From the human T2T-CHM13v2.0 reference genome, Homo sapiens: a stretch of 64,000 nt of DNA. The DNA lies in NCBI RefSeq assembly GCF_009914755.1, contig NC_060925.1, one strand, 5' to 3'. Below the pieces are notes generated by a model. That model had not been told where the DNA came from, ran no database searches, and saw only the letters and a program-made list of their open reading frames with translations. Position 1 is the first letter of the stretch. Each line of letters begins with the position of its first letter. The position numbers and the translations under genes are program-made. Below, piece by piece: positions 18,360 to 34,590 of this stretch.

Positions 18360-18648
18360 AGCTGGGCGTGGTGGCTCAGGCCTGTAATCCCAGCACTTTG
18401 GGAGGCCAAGGCAGGCAGATCACTTGAGTTCAGGAGTTCAAGACCACCTGGTCAACATGGTAAAACCCCATCTCTACAAAAAATACAAACATTAGCCAGG
18501 CATGGTGGTACAGGCCTATAATCCCAGCTACTCAGGAGGCTGAGGCACAGGAATCACTTGAGCCCAGGAGGCAGAGGTTGCAGTGAGCCGAGATCATGCC
18601 ACTGCACTCTAGCCTGGGCGACAGAGCGAGACTCTGTCTCAAAAAAAA
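18360..18648 (+). mobile_element. Alu (J/S)
   Basis: Full dimer. Confidence 0.9.
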
Positions 18649-19816
18649 TTTTTCAATAAATAAATACTGTATTTATTTTACCACCAGGTGTTCTTCCAGA
18701 TACTCAAAGATATTTTTCCTCTTTAGCCTGTCTGAAAGGCTAACATTTGAACTTCATTCCTTTGGTCAATTAGCAGATTGCCCTTTATTAAAATGTAAAT
18801 CTCTTCCTCTTAAAATTAAATTTAAATAATTATTAATCATTTACATTACAGTTTATCTTAATTGGGTAGGATTAGGGAGAAGGTGAGATATAGTTAAGGT
18901 TTGGAGTAAGAGTGATCCTTAAACTTGACACTTTTGCTTTGAAGTCAGCCTGGCATCTGACACAGGGACCTGAGAAAGTGCTGCTGTATGGGTCCCAACT
19001 CTTGCTGTGAGTTAGATAATAGGATTCAGAGGTAGCTTCACAACTCCCTTAGAAGTTGAGTGCTATCTTTTGAAATTATCAGTAAAGTGAGTAGGAAAAG
19101 TTGCCTGGACCTGATGTGTAATAATTTAGAACCCTGGCTTGTTCAGTTGGACAAAAATGGACATATTTATTGTACATATAAACTCCAGCTTTGCCATGGG
19201 CCCTGTCTGTGTCCAAAGTGGTGATGCCACAGGGCAGGCCTTTGTAAGGGTGAAAACTGGTTCCACAAGAATTAGGCAAGAAGGAAGTGCATTTATTTCC
19301 TGACTAAGCCTTATTAAAGCTTGGTCCAGATGTATCTGGCCCATTATTTTTTTTTAAAATGAGATTGTAGCTCTTCTGGAGAAAACTACTCTTTTATCCC
19401 TTAAAATTCTATAGTCTAGGGAAGAGTGTGGCCCTTAACTCAGATAAAAGGGGTTTGATGTTTTCCTCCATTCTCTCTATCCCTGTCTGCTGAGATTAGT
19501 TTCAAGGCTTATAATCTATTACTTCTGCCTCGTTTTCTTCCTGATCATTGCTTTTAATTTAGGTTTCAGCTAATGACATTTTAATAAAATCATATTAATA
19601 CATTTGGCGATTTTGCATTAACCTTTTAACACCACTTAATAAAAACTTCTTTGTACTTCACACTAATAAATTATATATCTGTATTTTACCTATAAAGTAT
19701 TGAACTTCAGCACCAAAGGGTTAAGTATGCCATTAAGACAAATAGTAGTTATCTGTTTAATAAATGCTTCTAGCACTCAACTATCTTGATTCAGTTCAAT
19801 TTGCTAACACATACTT

Positions 19817-20104
19817 CTTTTTTTTTTGAAATGGAGTCTCTCTCTGTCGCCCAGACTGGAGTGCAGTGGTGTGATCTTGGCTCACTGCAACCTCTGCCTC
19901 CTGACTTCAAGCGATTCTCCTGCCTCAGCCTCCCCTGGTAGCTGGAACTACAGGCACAAGCCCAGCTGCTTTTTTTGTATTTTTAGTAGAGACAAGGTTT
20001 CACCATGTTGGCAGGGCTGGTCTCGAACTCTTGACCTCAGATGATCTGCCCGCCTCAGCTTCCCAAAGTGCTGGGATTACAGGCCTGAGCCACTGCACCT
20101 GGCC
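19817..20104 (-). mobile_element. AluS
   Basis: Full dimer. Confidence 0.9.
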
Positions 20105-21040
20105 ACACATAATTCTTTCAAAACTCATGACATACATTTTTCTATTGGGCAAATGCAAAAATTGAGATATATCTTAGAAAATAGGATTGTATAGTACGTC
20201 CATACAATGGAATATTAGTCAGCAATTAATTATTTATGGAAAATGTCTAATAGTGTGAGAAGGTACTTGTGATTTATAAGCTGTATATGTGGTACTCTCT
20301 CACCAATATTAAATATATTTACATGTACGAAGAAATAGAAAAAAACATACAGAAAAGAGGTACACCAAATAGTGAGCAGTTCGTCTGGATAAGAGGATTA
20401 TGAGTTATTTATATTTTTATTTATACTTTTCCATTGTTTATTCAGTTTTTGATACTGTGACTGGGTATCAAAAATAAACTCAATGCAGGTGGTAAATCAT
20501 TTTGCTGCCTACCTTAGTAAAGATTTAAAATATATAATGGACATTCAAGGCAAATTAATGCTTTCTGTAGACAGCTAATGAAAAATTGTCCATCATAAAT
20601 TTTTTAAAATTGCTGAGAATTTTGCCATTTACTGTTTTATGTTATCCTGCATGCCATTAGCCATTGGGCAGTGTTCTTGTAGAGCAGTGTTTCTTAAACT
20701 GGGAATGCTGGTGTTAACTCTCAGGCTTGCTGCAGCAGTTTGGAAAATAATTCACAATTTGGAAAATAATTCAGTTTTACAAAATTCATGGTAGCAGTTA
20801 TGAAAATCCTGAAGTATTTTAGTTCTGTGTCTTATGAGATTATTTTATTTTTTAAATAAACCTTTTCTTATTGAAGTATAACATATATACACACCAGTGC
20901 ACAAATCAAGTGTTCCATTTATGAATTTTCACAAAGTGAACACATTCCTGTAACCACTTCATTTTATTTTTGTTGTATTGTGCCACTGTTAGTCTTTGAC
21001 AAAATTTTTATATAAGCTTCACATTAAAAAATATATTGTT

Positions 21041-21312
21041 GGCTGGGCACGGTGGCTCACACCTGTAATACCAGCACTTTAGGAGGCCAAGGTGGGTGGA
21101 TCACCTGAAGGAAGTCAGGAGTTCGAGACCAGCCTGGCCAACATGGCGAAACCTCGTCTCTACTAAAAATATAAAAATTAGCTGGGCGTGGTGGTGGGCA
21201 CCTGTAATCCCGGCTACTCGGGAGGCTGAGGCAGGAGAATTGCTTGAACCCAGGAGGGGGAGATTGCAGTGAGCTGAGATCAGCCTGGGCAACAGAGTGA
21301 GACTTGGTTAAA

Positions 21313-21346
<34 letters not shown>

Positions 21347-21351
21347 TATAT
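21041..21351 (+). mobile_element. AluS with poly(A)-(TA)n tail
   Basis: Dimer with a short right-arm deletion. Confidence 0.9.
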
Positions 21352-23419
21352 TTCATGTTCTTTGGTCTTCAGAAGTTATAATCTAGATATTTTATGCTTT
21401 TTGGTCTCATAACTGCATTAGCTCATTGGATTTTTACATTTTTCAAGGAACTCTAAAATTTCGCTCAGAATAAATATTGTTATTTTTAGTTTGTGGTGGG
21501 AAAAGATTAAAAAATGAAAGAAAGTAACAACTACAAAATTCTCACAATCTAGCCTCTACAGATTTAATTTTTCTTTCATTCCCAACTGTGGCATATGTTT
21601 TTCCCCAGCGACTGGTTGTGTGGAACTTGATTCCTGTGCATCTGCATATGATGCAGCTTAGTTTGCTAATCTAAAGAGGCAAATCAGCAGCCATCTGTAA
21701 GTGTGTCAGGCCTAGAAATCCTAGCCCAAACTGGGAGGAACTTTAGAGTTATCAGCCGTAGATGAGGAAACTGAGGCCTGGAAGATTACACACCTTGTGC
21801 AGGGTCAGAGAGTTGGCGCCAGAGCTGAATGTAGAACCCTGATCCTAAACTCTGTTACTAAACCAGGCTTAGCCCCTATTTTCACCTAAAAACTCACCCT
21901 TTCTACTGAAAATGCAATCCTCAGACTGTGAAATCAGCTTCTGAAGAAAGACAAATTACCTAACACATTTTCAGCCAAATTTCTCAAAGAGGATAGCCTG
22001 ACAGCATTGACCTCTTTCGGAATATATTCTTTGGGCTACTTAGGAGTGAATGAGAGACAGTATGGTGATGGTATAAATGCCGATCTGTAATTGTTTAGAG
22101 CAGTTCTGAGAGTACATTCAACTGGAATAACTCTGGCAATAGGGAAAGTGTGGTGTGATGTCGACTTGTGACCCTTCCCTGGGGAGCAAGCTGTCAGGAC
22201 ACCCAGCGGTGCTTTTGGAACAAAAGGTTTCTAGGCCATGCTCCCAGGCACTGGACAGGAGGACTGGCTACTTGCACCTGCAGGGTGACTGTCAGTGTTT
22301 TATGATTTGGGGTTTTGGGGGTTTTTTAAAGTTGCCTAAAGGTAGATATGTAAATAAAGCTGCCCTATGTCAGGCAACATTTATTGAGTAAGCGTTGATC
22401 ACTGTGGAGGGCTCTGGGGATTTAGTGCTTAATAAAACATGTCTCTAAGACTTAGTCTTTGGAGCTGACAGTTCCAAAGAGATCACCATTGCCCTTCAGA
22501 AATCTTGGTTCTGTTGGTATGTTGAATTAGTGACATGAACAAGAATCTCATCAGAGCAAACTGACTTTACCTACTTGTGAGTTTGTATCCTGATGGAAAA
22601 AGCCTCTTCTAAATAAATATTGTTATTCCTAGTTTGTGGTAGGAAGAGATTTAAAAAATGAAAGTAATAACTACAAAATTATTGAGATCCAGCCTCTGTA
22701 GATCTAATTTTTCTTTCATTCTCAACTGCAGCTCACATGGCAGCCATCCTTGACCTGACCTTCAGCACCACTCTCCACAGTCCTATCTACCAGATCTGTT
22801 CTATCCTTTCCTACTCTCTCCCCAGTACAAGCCTTTCTCAGAAGCCAGACTAATGGCTTGCCCGCACATGTCTATGGCTGTTCCTGCCTTTGAGTTTTTT
22901 AATACATTTCTCCCCTCATTTAGAATGTCCCCTCCTCTTCTGCTTCTCCAAATCCTATCCAAACATCAGGGCCCAAGTCAATCTCTACCTGCTCTGCAAA
23001 GCCTTTCCCAGTCTTCTCTCCTCAGACTCACATAGCACTTCTTCCTCTACCATGCTGTGGATGACATGGCTATAGTTTGGCCTAATGGTGAAGAGAATGG
23101 ACTCTGGAGCTAGACTGCCTGGATGACCTTGGGCTGCATCCTTTCCTAGCCTAGAGTTCTTCATCTGTAAAAATGGGAATAGGAATTGCATTTGGCCCAT
23201 AGTTGTACAGATTATAGGATTAAACCCTATAGAACAGTGCCTGGCCCATAAGTTCTCATTAAATAGTAGCTGTTGTTATTATTCCTTCTGGCATATATTT
23301 AATCATGGCCTTCCTTGTCTTATTGTTTAATCATTTAAATTATGTATTTCTTGGTTCCTATTTCTTTGTTCCTAATTGTGAAGTTTTCCCATGAAGAAAG
23401 AGACTTGATTTTATAGTTT

Positions 23420-23726
<307 letters not shown>

Positions 23727-24491
23727 GATAGTTTTTGTTGACCATTTTCAGCACTACATATGCATAGTAGGTCTCCAATACCTGTCACTTAAAGTGAAAC
23801 TATTACTGCAGTAAAGAAAATAGATGGAACAAGAGTAAGGAATTGACGAGAAAAGATAGGCTTCATTTTACAGATGGAGTTCTCTTATGATTCTTAGAGC
23901 ATGTAATTTGTTCCTTTTTTCATTGTTATTGAGTCTCGTGAGCTCTTCTGCCGCAATCACCAGAGTTGTGAACGTCATTCAGCAAGGATGCTGCAATTTC
24001 TGGAGGTCGTCGCAGACCGTTTTCTTCTAGGCCCATGGTGGGACGCAGTCTCAGACAGTAGATTCTGATTTATCAAAATATCACAAAGCATTAAGTGGTA
24101 GGTCATGTGCTAGTTGTTTGAACATATTTCCCTTGCTGAGGGCATGAAAAGCCACCAGAAGGGAGCCTTTAGTCTTCAGCCACCCTCTCTGCTGTCCCTT
24201 TCTCCTTTATCAGCAGCTCGGATGGATATTCACAAGCACCATACTCACCTGTCACTATTCATAAACAGGGGGAAGTTGAAAGTTACACCCCAGTAGGAAG
24301 GGGTAGGGACCCAGGTGGAATCATTCAACAAAATTAACCCAGTTGCAGACAGGAGTCCTCATCATGGCAGGAACTGCCAGCGGGGTCCTTTTTCTGCCAT
24401 TCACCCAGCAGTCCAGGACCCCCACCAGGTCCCTCCCAGCTCTGTGGGTGCCCTCACCTAGATGAAAATGCTGCATTTCTCATTCTCCTAG

Positions 24492-24650
24492 GCTGGAACA
24501 AGACATTAAAAAGTTAAAGGCTGACCTGCAAGCCAGCAGACAAGTGGAACAAGAGCTCCGCAGTCAGATCAGCTCCCTTTCGAGCACCGAGCGAGGGATC
24601 CGCTCAGAAATGGGCCAGCTTCGGCAGGAGAACGAGCTGCTGCAGAACAA
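24492..24650 (+). CDS. MACO1: Macoilin coding exon (probably exon 7), coiled coil: (R)LEQDIKKLKADLQASRQVEQELRSQISSLSSTERGIRSEMGQLRQENELLQN(K)
   Basis: Acceptor ttctcctag|G and donor AA|gtacgt; 159 bp, phase 2 to 2; peptide recognised as macoilin. Exon numbering is from memory. Confidence 0.96.
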
Positions 24651-25988
24651 GTACGTGCACCTTTCAGGCCTTTGGCCGTAAGCCCGGCAGCTTCACTGCT
24701 TCTCCTGTTGCCAGGGGTTGGAGCACAAGATTTATGGTGACAGAGACCTGCTGAGAGGTTTTTAAATAAAATGTTTAAAATACTTTATTTAGTACCAGAT
24801 ATTCAACATGTTTATAAAATCTATAAAAACTTATTTCATTGCCACAAAACGGTTTATTAATATTACTGTTTTTGTCTTCTCTCATTTAATAACTTCTTAG
24901 TTTAAAATAGTTATTGAGTTTTTGGATAGTAAAATTGACAAGAAGTAGTTCTGTCACATTTTGAAAATTTTGCTCCTTTGAGTGAAAATTTCTAGAGGAT
25001 TTGACTATATTTACTTTTATTTCCAGAACTAAAAGATGACATTGAACTTTGATTTTATTTGAAAAGGCAGGCAGAAAGCCAGGTCTTCTGTGTGAATTCA
25101 TTTAGGCTTTTGATTAGTTCATTCTGGAATTACTTCTTAACTCAGTGTAGGTCTGTCCTTTTTTCTTTTTTTAAATCTCCCAGCAATGTGTGCCCGTGGT
25201 AGTGATGATCATTACAGGCTGTTGGCTTTCTGGGCTTTCCCTGTTGAAAGAGGAGTTCAACATTTTTAAGGAATGTAACTCAAAAGCTAGGGCATTACAG
25301 GCAAATAACCTCTCCATTGCCTCTGACCAGCATTTGTGGTGGTTCTAGCATTGATATGTAGAGAACATCCCAATGATAAACTCACCTCATGCTGATAGGT
25401 AAAGCTGGGGGTGGTAGTAAGCAGGAAATAAGGCTGAAATTTCTATCTGAAATTAAGCATCCTGTGACTCTAAAAGAGGATTTGGGGACACTGTGAGCAA
25501 ACATCCTGAGCTGGAAAGGAAAAGCTGTAGTAGGCTACAGCAAAATTGTATTCAGGAAAAATAAAAACCTTCCCCTTTCCACCCCTTACCTTAGTTTCAC
25601 TGGGGCTGGTCCCATCAGTGGTTCTTTGGTGGGACTGAAGTTCTTTCAGGGTGCTCTGGAACATTAGAATTAGTTCTACAATTATCTTCCCCTCTGTTCA
25701 AAATTTGTTTTACCCTGTTTTCTGGATGACCTTTTGTAGATCACTTACTTGAACAGAGCAGAGGCTAGGTCTTAATCTCTGTTTTGTAAGGCAGCTTGTT
25801 TATTGGTGTTTAGGAATTATTAAAGAATAACAGTGTGTTTTCCTCAGGCATTCTGGGCATTGACATTTTTGATTTGCTGTTCAAACCTCCTGTTTAATTG
25901 GCCTTAAGGTGATAAAGAGATGTTTCTCAAGGGTTTATAGTGGGCATTTGTAATTTTAAGACTTTATATGACAATCATTTCCATATAG

Positions 25989-26171
25989 GTTACATAATGC
26001 TGTGCAAATGAAGCAAAAAGACAAGCAGAATATCAGCCAGTTGGAGAAAAAGCTAAAAGCTGAGCAGGAAGCCCGAAGTTTTGTAGAGAAACAGTTAATG
26101 GAAGAGAAAAAGAGGAAGAAGTTAGAAGAAGCCACTGCTGCCCGGGCTGTTGCGTTTGCTGCTGCATCTAG
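25989..26171 (+). CDS. MACO1: Macoilin coding exon (probably exon 8): LHNAVQMKQKDKQNISQLEKKLKAEQEARSFVEKQLMEEKKRKKLEEATAARAVAFAAAS(R)
   Basis: Acceptor ccatatag|G and donor AG|gtatgt; 183 bp, phase 2 to 2; overlaps ORF 26002-26190. Confidence 0.97.
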
Positions 26172-27482
26172 GTATGTCCATGTCACCTGAGTGTTTAATC
26201 CAAGGTTGGCTTTCCTTTACCAACAAAGACATGGGAATTTGGTGCCTTGGGCAGGATTGGACGTACAGCAATCATGCACGGATGGATTGCTTTTAAGTAC
26301 TGTTTTATTAACTGGTTTAAACTCCATGTGTGCAAGCTTGCACTATCTTATAACAGCTTTATCCCTCAGTGACCTCATCTATAAAGTGGGATGAGGGAAT
26401 CACCATGTTTCCCATACCTGGGAGGCAAAGTACTGCTCATAAAAAGGTTTCCAGTCACTTTTTGTCAGACTGATGATTACTAAATGCATTGAGAGATTCT
26501 ATCTGGAAGTTCGTTCCCTTTAGAGAGCTATCATTACTCTCCACTCTTAGGTATATGTGTTTCTGAAGTTTTTATCTTAAAATGGAAGAAAGATAAAATC
26601 TTGGTTGCCCAAGCACTGTGTACTGGCTGCTCAAATGGATATCAGCAAACTGTCAAATGAAATGGAAAAAAAAAGTGAAACATAAGTCTCTACTAGATGG
26701 AATTACATTTATGGCATAATGAAAATTGGGGACTACCTCCTATGCCACTGGAAAGTACCCCTGTGTGCAAGTATTCCAAAAACTATTAGATAGTTAAGAG
26801 CTTTTTTTTTCTTTTTGCTTCTACTTCACTTATCACTTTTTCCTTTGTTTTCTTGACTAGTGAAGTCCCTCTGCATGTGGGAATCAGTTAGGTGTTTGCA
26901 GATATAGAGCGAGGGTAAATTATTATTTATTTCACTTTTAAATTCCATCCTAATTTGTATCTACGTGGTATAATTCAACTGTAATTTTTCCTTGAATTTT
27001 GCTTTGTCGTAATTAAAGTTAAGTAATTTAACTTTTGGCATGTTGATAGCCTTCTTTGTGGGTTCTGGCATTTGCAGAATAATTGGTGAATCATTTCACC
27101 TTTTAGGAAATAACAGCAAGTGAGAACTCTCTCCTGTGTGATCCTGCCTCCCCCCAGCAGATGGCTGAGCTGGCTTGGCCCATCAGCATCTATACAGACT
27201 TACAAGGCCCTTGACTAGCCTGCCTACAATGTGGGATTGTTTGTTTGTTTGAAGATGTATTTGCATTCTGAAGCACTTAAACTTGCAGGAGATGTTCTTG
27301 AACAGTCATCTAGTGATGACTGCTCTCCTCTCTCCTCAATTCATACAGCACCTGCCCTTTCTGAAAAATTCCACTCAGGAGGACATAGCAGTTCCTTAAC
27401 GATATTGCTTAGTGTCTCCCATGCCTGAGAATCAGTAAGTTGATTTCAGTGTCTACCCCAAATCCCTTTTGCTTCCAGTTAA

Positions 27483-29498
<2,016 letters not shown>

Positions 29499-29548
29499 AA
29501 CCTATAGTCTTTTAAATCACTTTATTTCCTTCTCTTCTTTTTCAAAAG

Positions 29549-29669
29549 GGGAGAATGCACCGAAACCTTACGGAATCGGATCAGAGAACTAGAAGCAGAG
29601 GGCAAGAAGCTCACGATGGACATGAAGGTGAAAGAAGACCAAATCAGAGAACTAGAACTAAAAGTCCAG
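29549..29669 (+). CDS. MACO1: Macoilin coding exon (probably exon 9): GECTETLRNRIRELEAEGKKLTMDMKVKEDQIRELELKVQ
   Basis: Long pyrimidine tract, caaaag|G acceptor and CAG|gtaagg donor; 121 bp, phase 2 to 0. Confidence 0.96.
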
Positions 29670-30329
29670 GTAAGGGGGGAACAAAAGACTTCCCTTGTAT
29701 TTGAATTCCACTTTTATGCTAAACTTGTGCTCTGTGTTGCAGTGTAGAGATGATGCCTTTTAATATAGATCAAATCTCATTGCATCTGAAAAATCTCTAT
29801 GTGACAAAAAGATTTGAAGTTCTAATCTTGTCCAGCTCATTTCAAGTCATATTAATGTAGCCAGATTCTAATACAAACCAGAAATGTTGACAATCCCTTG
29901 GTATGTTTTATACCAGGATTTAACTTGCTGTAGATTCATTTAACTTTTTCAGGTTATAGGCCAGATTAGTGTCCTTTGAAACTTACACACCTCCTTTTAG
30001 CCCCAACCCTCTTTCTATTGCCAGGGGACTGACCCTCCTGCATGGCTCTGAGCCTTGCAGATTGTTGTTCATAGCAGTGAATGATAGGAAAGGTGCTAGT
30101 GCTATGGACGTAGCCTGTTTTATGGGCTGTGTATACTTTAGCCAAATATTTGTCATTTAAACTAATGTCATATATTGTAAAGTTACAGTAATTTGAGCCA
30201 GGTGGGACAAGTGAAAAATTACTGTCAAGTCAGTGGACTAGAATGATGGCCTGGAGTACAGTACCGAAAAAAATACGAAAAAAAGTAAAGGTGGCATCAG
30301 AGATAGATGGGAAAGGTAACGATTAGTCA

Positions 30330-31330
30330 GTAAAAGGCTTTGGAATAGCTAAATAACTGGAGAAAAAAAATTAGAAACTCATCTCATGCCACATATAAAG
30401 AAATTCCAGATGAAGAGTTGAAGGCAGAAAAAACAAAGAATAAATGAGTTTTTAAAAACTAGGTGGAAATATACTTGACCTTGAAACAAGGGAAAGATTT
30501 TCTAAACATACAAGCAATGGGAAAAAATCACAAAGCAAAAATCATAATAATAAATGAAAAAATTGATTGGGGAAGGTATGAATATTGCAACAAATATTAT
30601 AAATAAGGAATTAATATTCTCAACATATCCGTAGCTCATAAAAGTTGCTAAGGAAAGCTCATATATATAGCAAAATAGGCTGAGGATGTGAACAAATAAT
30701 TCAGAGGAAATACAGGTGACTGATAAGATCATAAAAATATAAACTCACCAATCATCAAAGACATGCAGATTAAAAGTAGATATCATTTTTCTCCTATGAA
30801 ATTAGCAGATGATTTTTAAATGAGAATATCAATCATGGTGAGGATGCAACAAAATAGGCCTCATACATTGCTGGTAGAAATGTAACTTTCTGGAAAAGGT
30901 CTTGCACTTTTTAAGTATTTACCTTTTTTAGGAATCCAGCCTAAGGTAAACAATTTTAAAATCTCACCAATGAGTGATGTACAGAGATGTTCATCGTAGT
31001 GGTATAAAAATGCAAAAAAATTGAAAACAGTCTTAACAATGGGAGAGTCATTTAAATTTTGGTATGTAAACATTCAGGAATATTGTACAGCCAATAAAAA
31101 TTTTATTTTCAAACAATAGTTAAAATCATTTAGTTTTTAAAAGACTATGTACAAAACTGTACATTTAATATTTCACTTCTGCTAAAAGATACACATATGC
31201 ATAAAAGATTAAAAGAAATATTAAATTTTTTAGTGTTGGTATTATGAGTAATTTTCATTTTCTTCTTTGAATTTTTCTATATTCCTAAATTCTCTGTAAT
31301 AAGTTTGGATTTTTCTGTTAAAAAGAAAAA
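30330..31330 (+). mobile_element. Highly diverged L1M(E) fragment
   Basis: A-rich, with decayed ORF2 3' motifs (atcatcaaagacatgcagattaaaagtagatatcatttt; tcatacattgctggtagaaatgtaa). Confidence 0.6.
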
Positions 31331-31785
31331 TTCAAATATCTGTATATATTAATTGTTTACATTAAAGTGGGCTTATTCTGCAGTATGCCCTGTCAAAATA
31401 ATTAACATTTTTACAATTATTAATGCAGGTTGAGTTTTGGCAAGTTCGATTACAGCATTATGATAATTTGCACGTGGCCAGCAAGGAAAAATGTTTTCTG
31501 TGGTTCTGAATTAAGCTTATAAGAAAAGTGTTTTATTTGGAAGCAGATTCCATTGTTTTCTAGACACATGCCCAGCACAGTCAAATGATTATCTTCTAAA
31601 TATTTTTGTATGTGCTTATTGCCATATAAACACATTTAGCACTTGCCTAAACCCATGAAACACCAGATTTTGTGTTCTAGTGGCCAGACCAAGAATAGTG
31701 GGATTTAATTTGTGATTTCAGGCTAATTTATAGACATCGATGCCAAAACTACCTTGTAGCATTGCTGTTTTGATGATATTGATAG

Positions 31786-31960
31786 GAGCTTCGGAAATAT
31801 AAGGAAAATGAGAAGGACACTGAGGTGTTAATGTCAGCCCTCTCAGCCATGCAAGACAAAACACAGCACCTGGAGAACAGCTTAAGTGCAGAGACGAGAA
31901 TCAAGCTGGACCTGTTCTCCGCACTGGGCGATGCAAAGCGGCAGCTCGAGATTGCCCAAG
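31786..31960 (+). CDS. MACO1: Macoilin coding exon (probably exon 10): ELRKYKENEKDTEVLMSALSAMQDKTQHLENSLSAETRIKLDLFSALGDAKRQLEIAQ(G)
   Basis: Acceptor gatag|GAG and donor AAG|gtagga; 175 bp, phase 0 to 1; contains the conserved LSAETRIKLDLFSALG motif. Confidence 0.96.
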
Positions 31961-33138
31961 GTAGGAGAACGTGGGCCCCTGGTGAGGTGGTGTGACTGAT
32001 AATGCACAGGGATGCACAGGCCAGACCTCTCCTGAGAGCTCTCAACCAAGGGGCATTTCAGTTTTCTCTTCAAGAGTCTTGGTAAGTGCCCAACATTGAA
32101 ATATAGGAACCATCACATTAATTCATTTGCAGACATATTTTGAGATGAGAACATGTCAAGTGCAGGGCATACAGAGAATAGTATGATTTCTACATTCAAG
32201 GAGCTCACAGTGTTGTTGAAGAAGTAGAGAACTGCAGAGGCATCAAAAGGTGCTTAGGTATAAGTATATACGGGGCCTGAGGAAACATAGAAAGAGTCAG
32301 GGACGAAACTAGTCTGGGGAATTGGAGAGGGCCTCTCCCCAGGGGAGCTGATGTCTGAGGTGGGCCTGAATGATGAGGAGTTGGCCCAGTGAAGCAGCAG
32401 TGTGGTGGAGGGTGAGGGGTAGAGGGGTCCACACAGAAGAAACAGCTTAGGCAAGGGCTGGGAGCTAGTGGGACTTGATGTGTTCCAAGCTGCAGCCAGC
32501 CTGCTTGGCTGAAGCAGAGGATACAAATGAGGGAGCTGCAGGTGAGAGTCTGGAGAGTAGGCCATGGTCATCTACTTGGCCGATATTTACTGAGACCTAC
32601 TTTGTGCCAAGCACCATAAGATGACTTGAAAATACAGCCCTGGCGATGACAGGTGATGAACAAGCCAGCAGGGAGTATGTCAGGTGGCAGTTGGTGCAAT
32701 GATAGAAATAAAGCCATGGCGAGACAGAACGTATGTGGCAGGGGTCTCCCTTTTTAACAGGGCAATCATGGAAAATCCCTTGAGTAGGTAGTATTTGAGC
32801 AGAGACCCAAAGGAAGAGAGCAGGAGTGAGCCGTGTAAAGAGCTGGAGGAAAGCACTTCCGGGGAGGGGGCAGCAAGTGAAAAGCCCGGCAGGGGGAGCG
32901 TGGGTACTCTGCAGGCAGAGGGTGGGGGTTGTAGCCTGTGTGATAACGGGGAGAGTTGTCAGAGCAGACAGGAGTAACAGCAGTCAGACTGTATGGGACT
33001 TGAGGCCCATGGAAAGAACTTAGGGTTTTACCGTGAGTGCCATAGGGGAGCACTGGAAGGCTTCTGAACAGAGGCATGGCATGACCTGAGAAAAATAAAT
33101 TTGGATTTTTGTCCAAGAAATTGATTAGCTATCCAACC

Positions 33139-33221
33139 AGAGTACTAAATTGAGTATAGTACTGAAAAAATAGAGTACTCTATAGAGTACTAAATAGAGT
33201 ACTGCATAAAATAGAGTACTG
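33139..33221. repeat. (TAG)AGTACT palindromic repeat cluster
   Basis: Six AGTACT hexamers in 80 bp. Confidence 0.9.
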
Positions 33222-33489
33222 AAAAGAATTTTCAAATGGTTGACTTAGTGGAAAGAGAAGAATATTTCAAGCAAGGCATGGTGGTTTGTGTCAGTGCCTG
33301 CCCATAGTCCCAGCTGCTCAGGAGGCTAGGGCAGGAGGATCACTTGAGCCCAGAAATTTGAGACTAGCCTGGGGAACATAGCGAGACCTTGTGTCTAAAA
33401 TAAAGAATATTTCAACAGGGACTGACAGAGTAGTCACACTCTGTGCAAAGCATTGTCCTAGAAGCTCTGGGGGAGACAAACATGAATAC

Positions 33490-34590
<1,101 letters not shown>

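Noticed and set aside
24241-24251. Perfect minus-strand splice donor (CAG|GTGAGTA) inside the MACO1 intron
   Set aside because: Isolated motif with no convincing partner acceptor or promoter; plausible by chance in 64 kb.
31749-32045. Minus-strand ORFs over MACO1 exons (also 25956-26186 and 38676-38996)
   Set aside because: Antisense shadows of coding exons.
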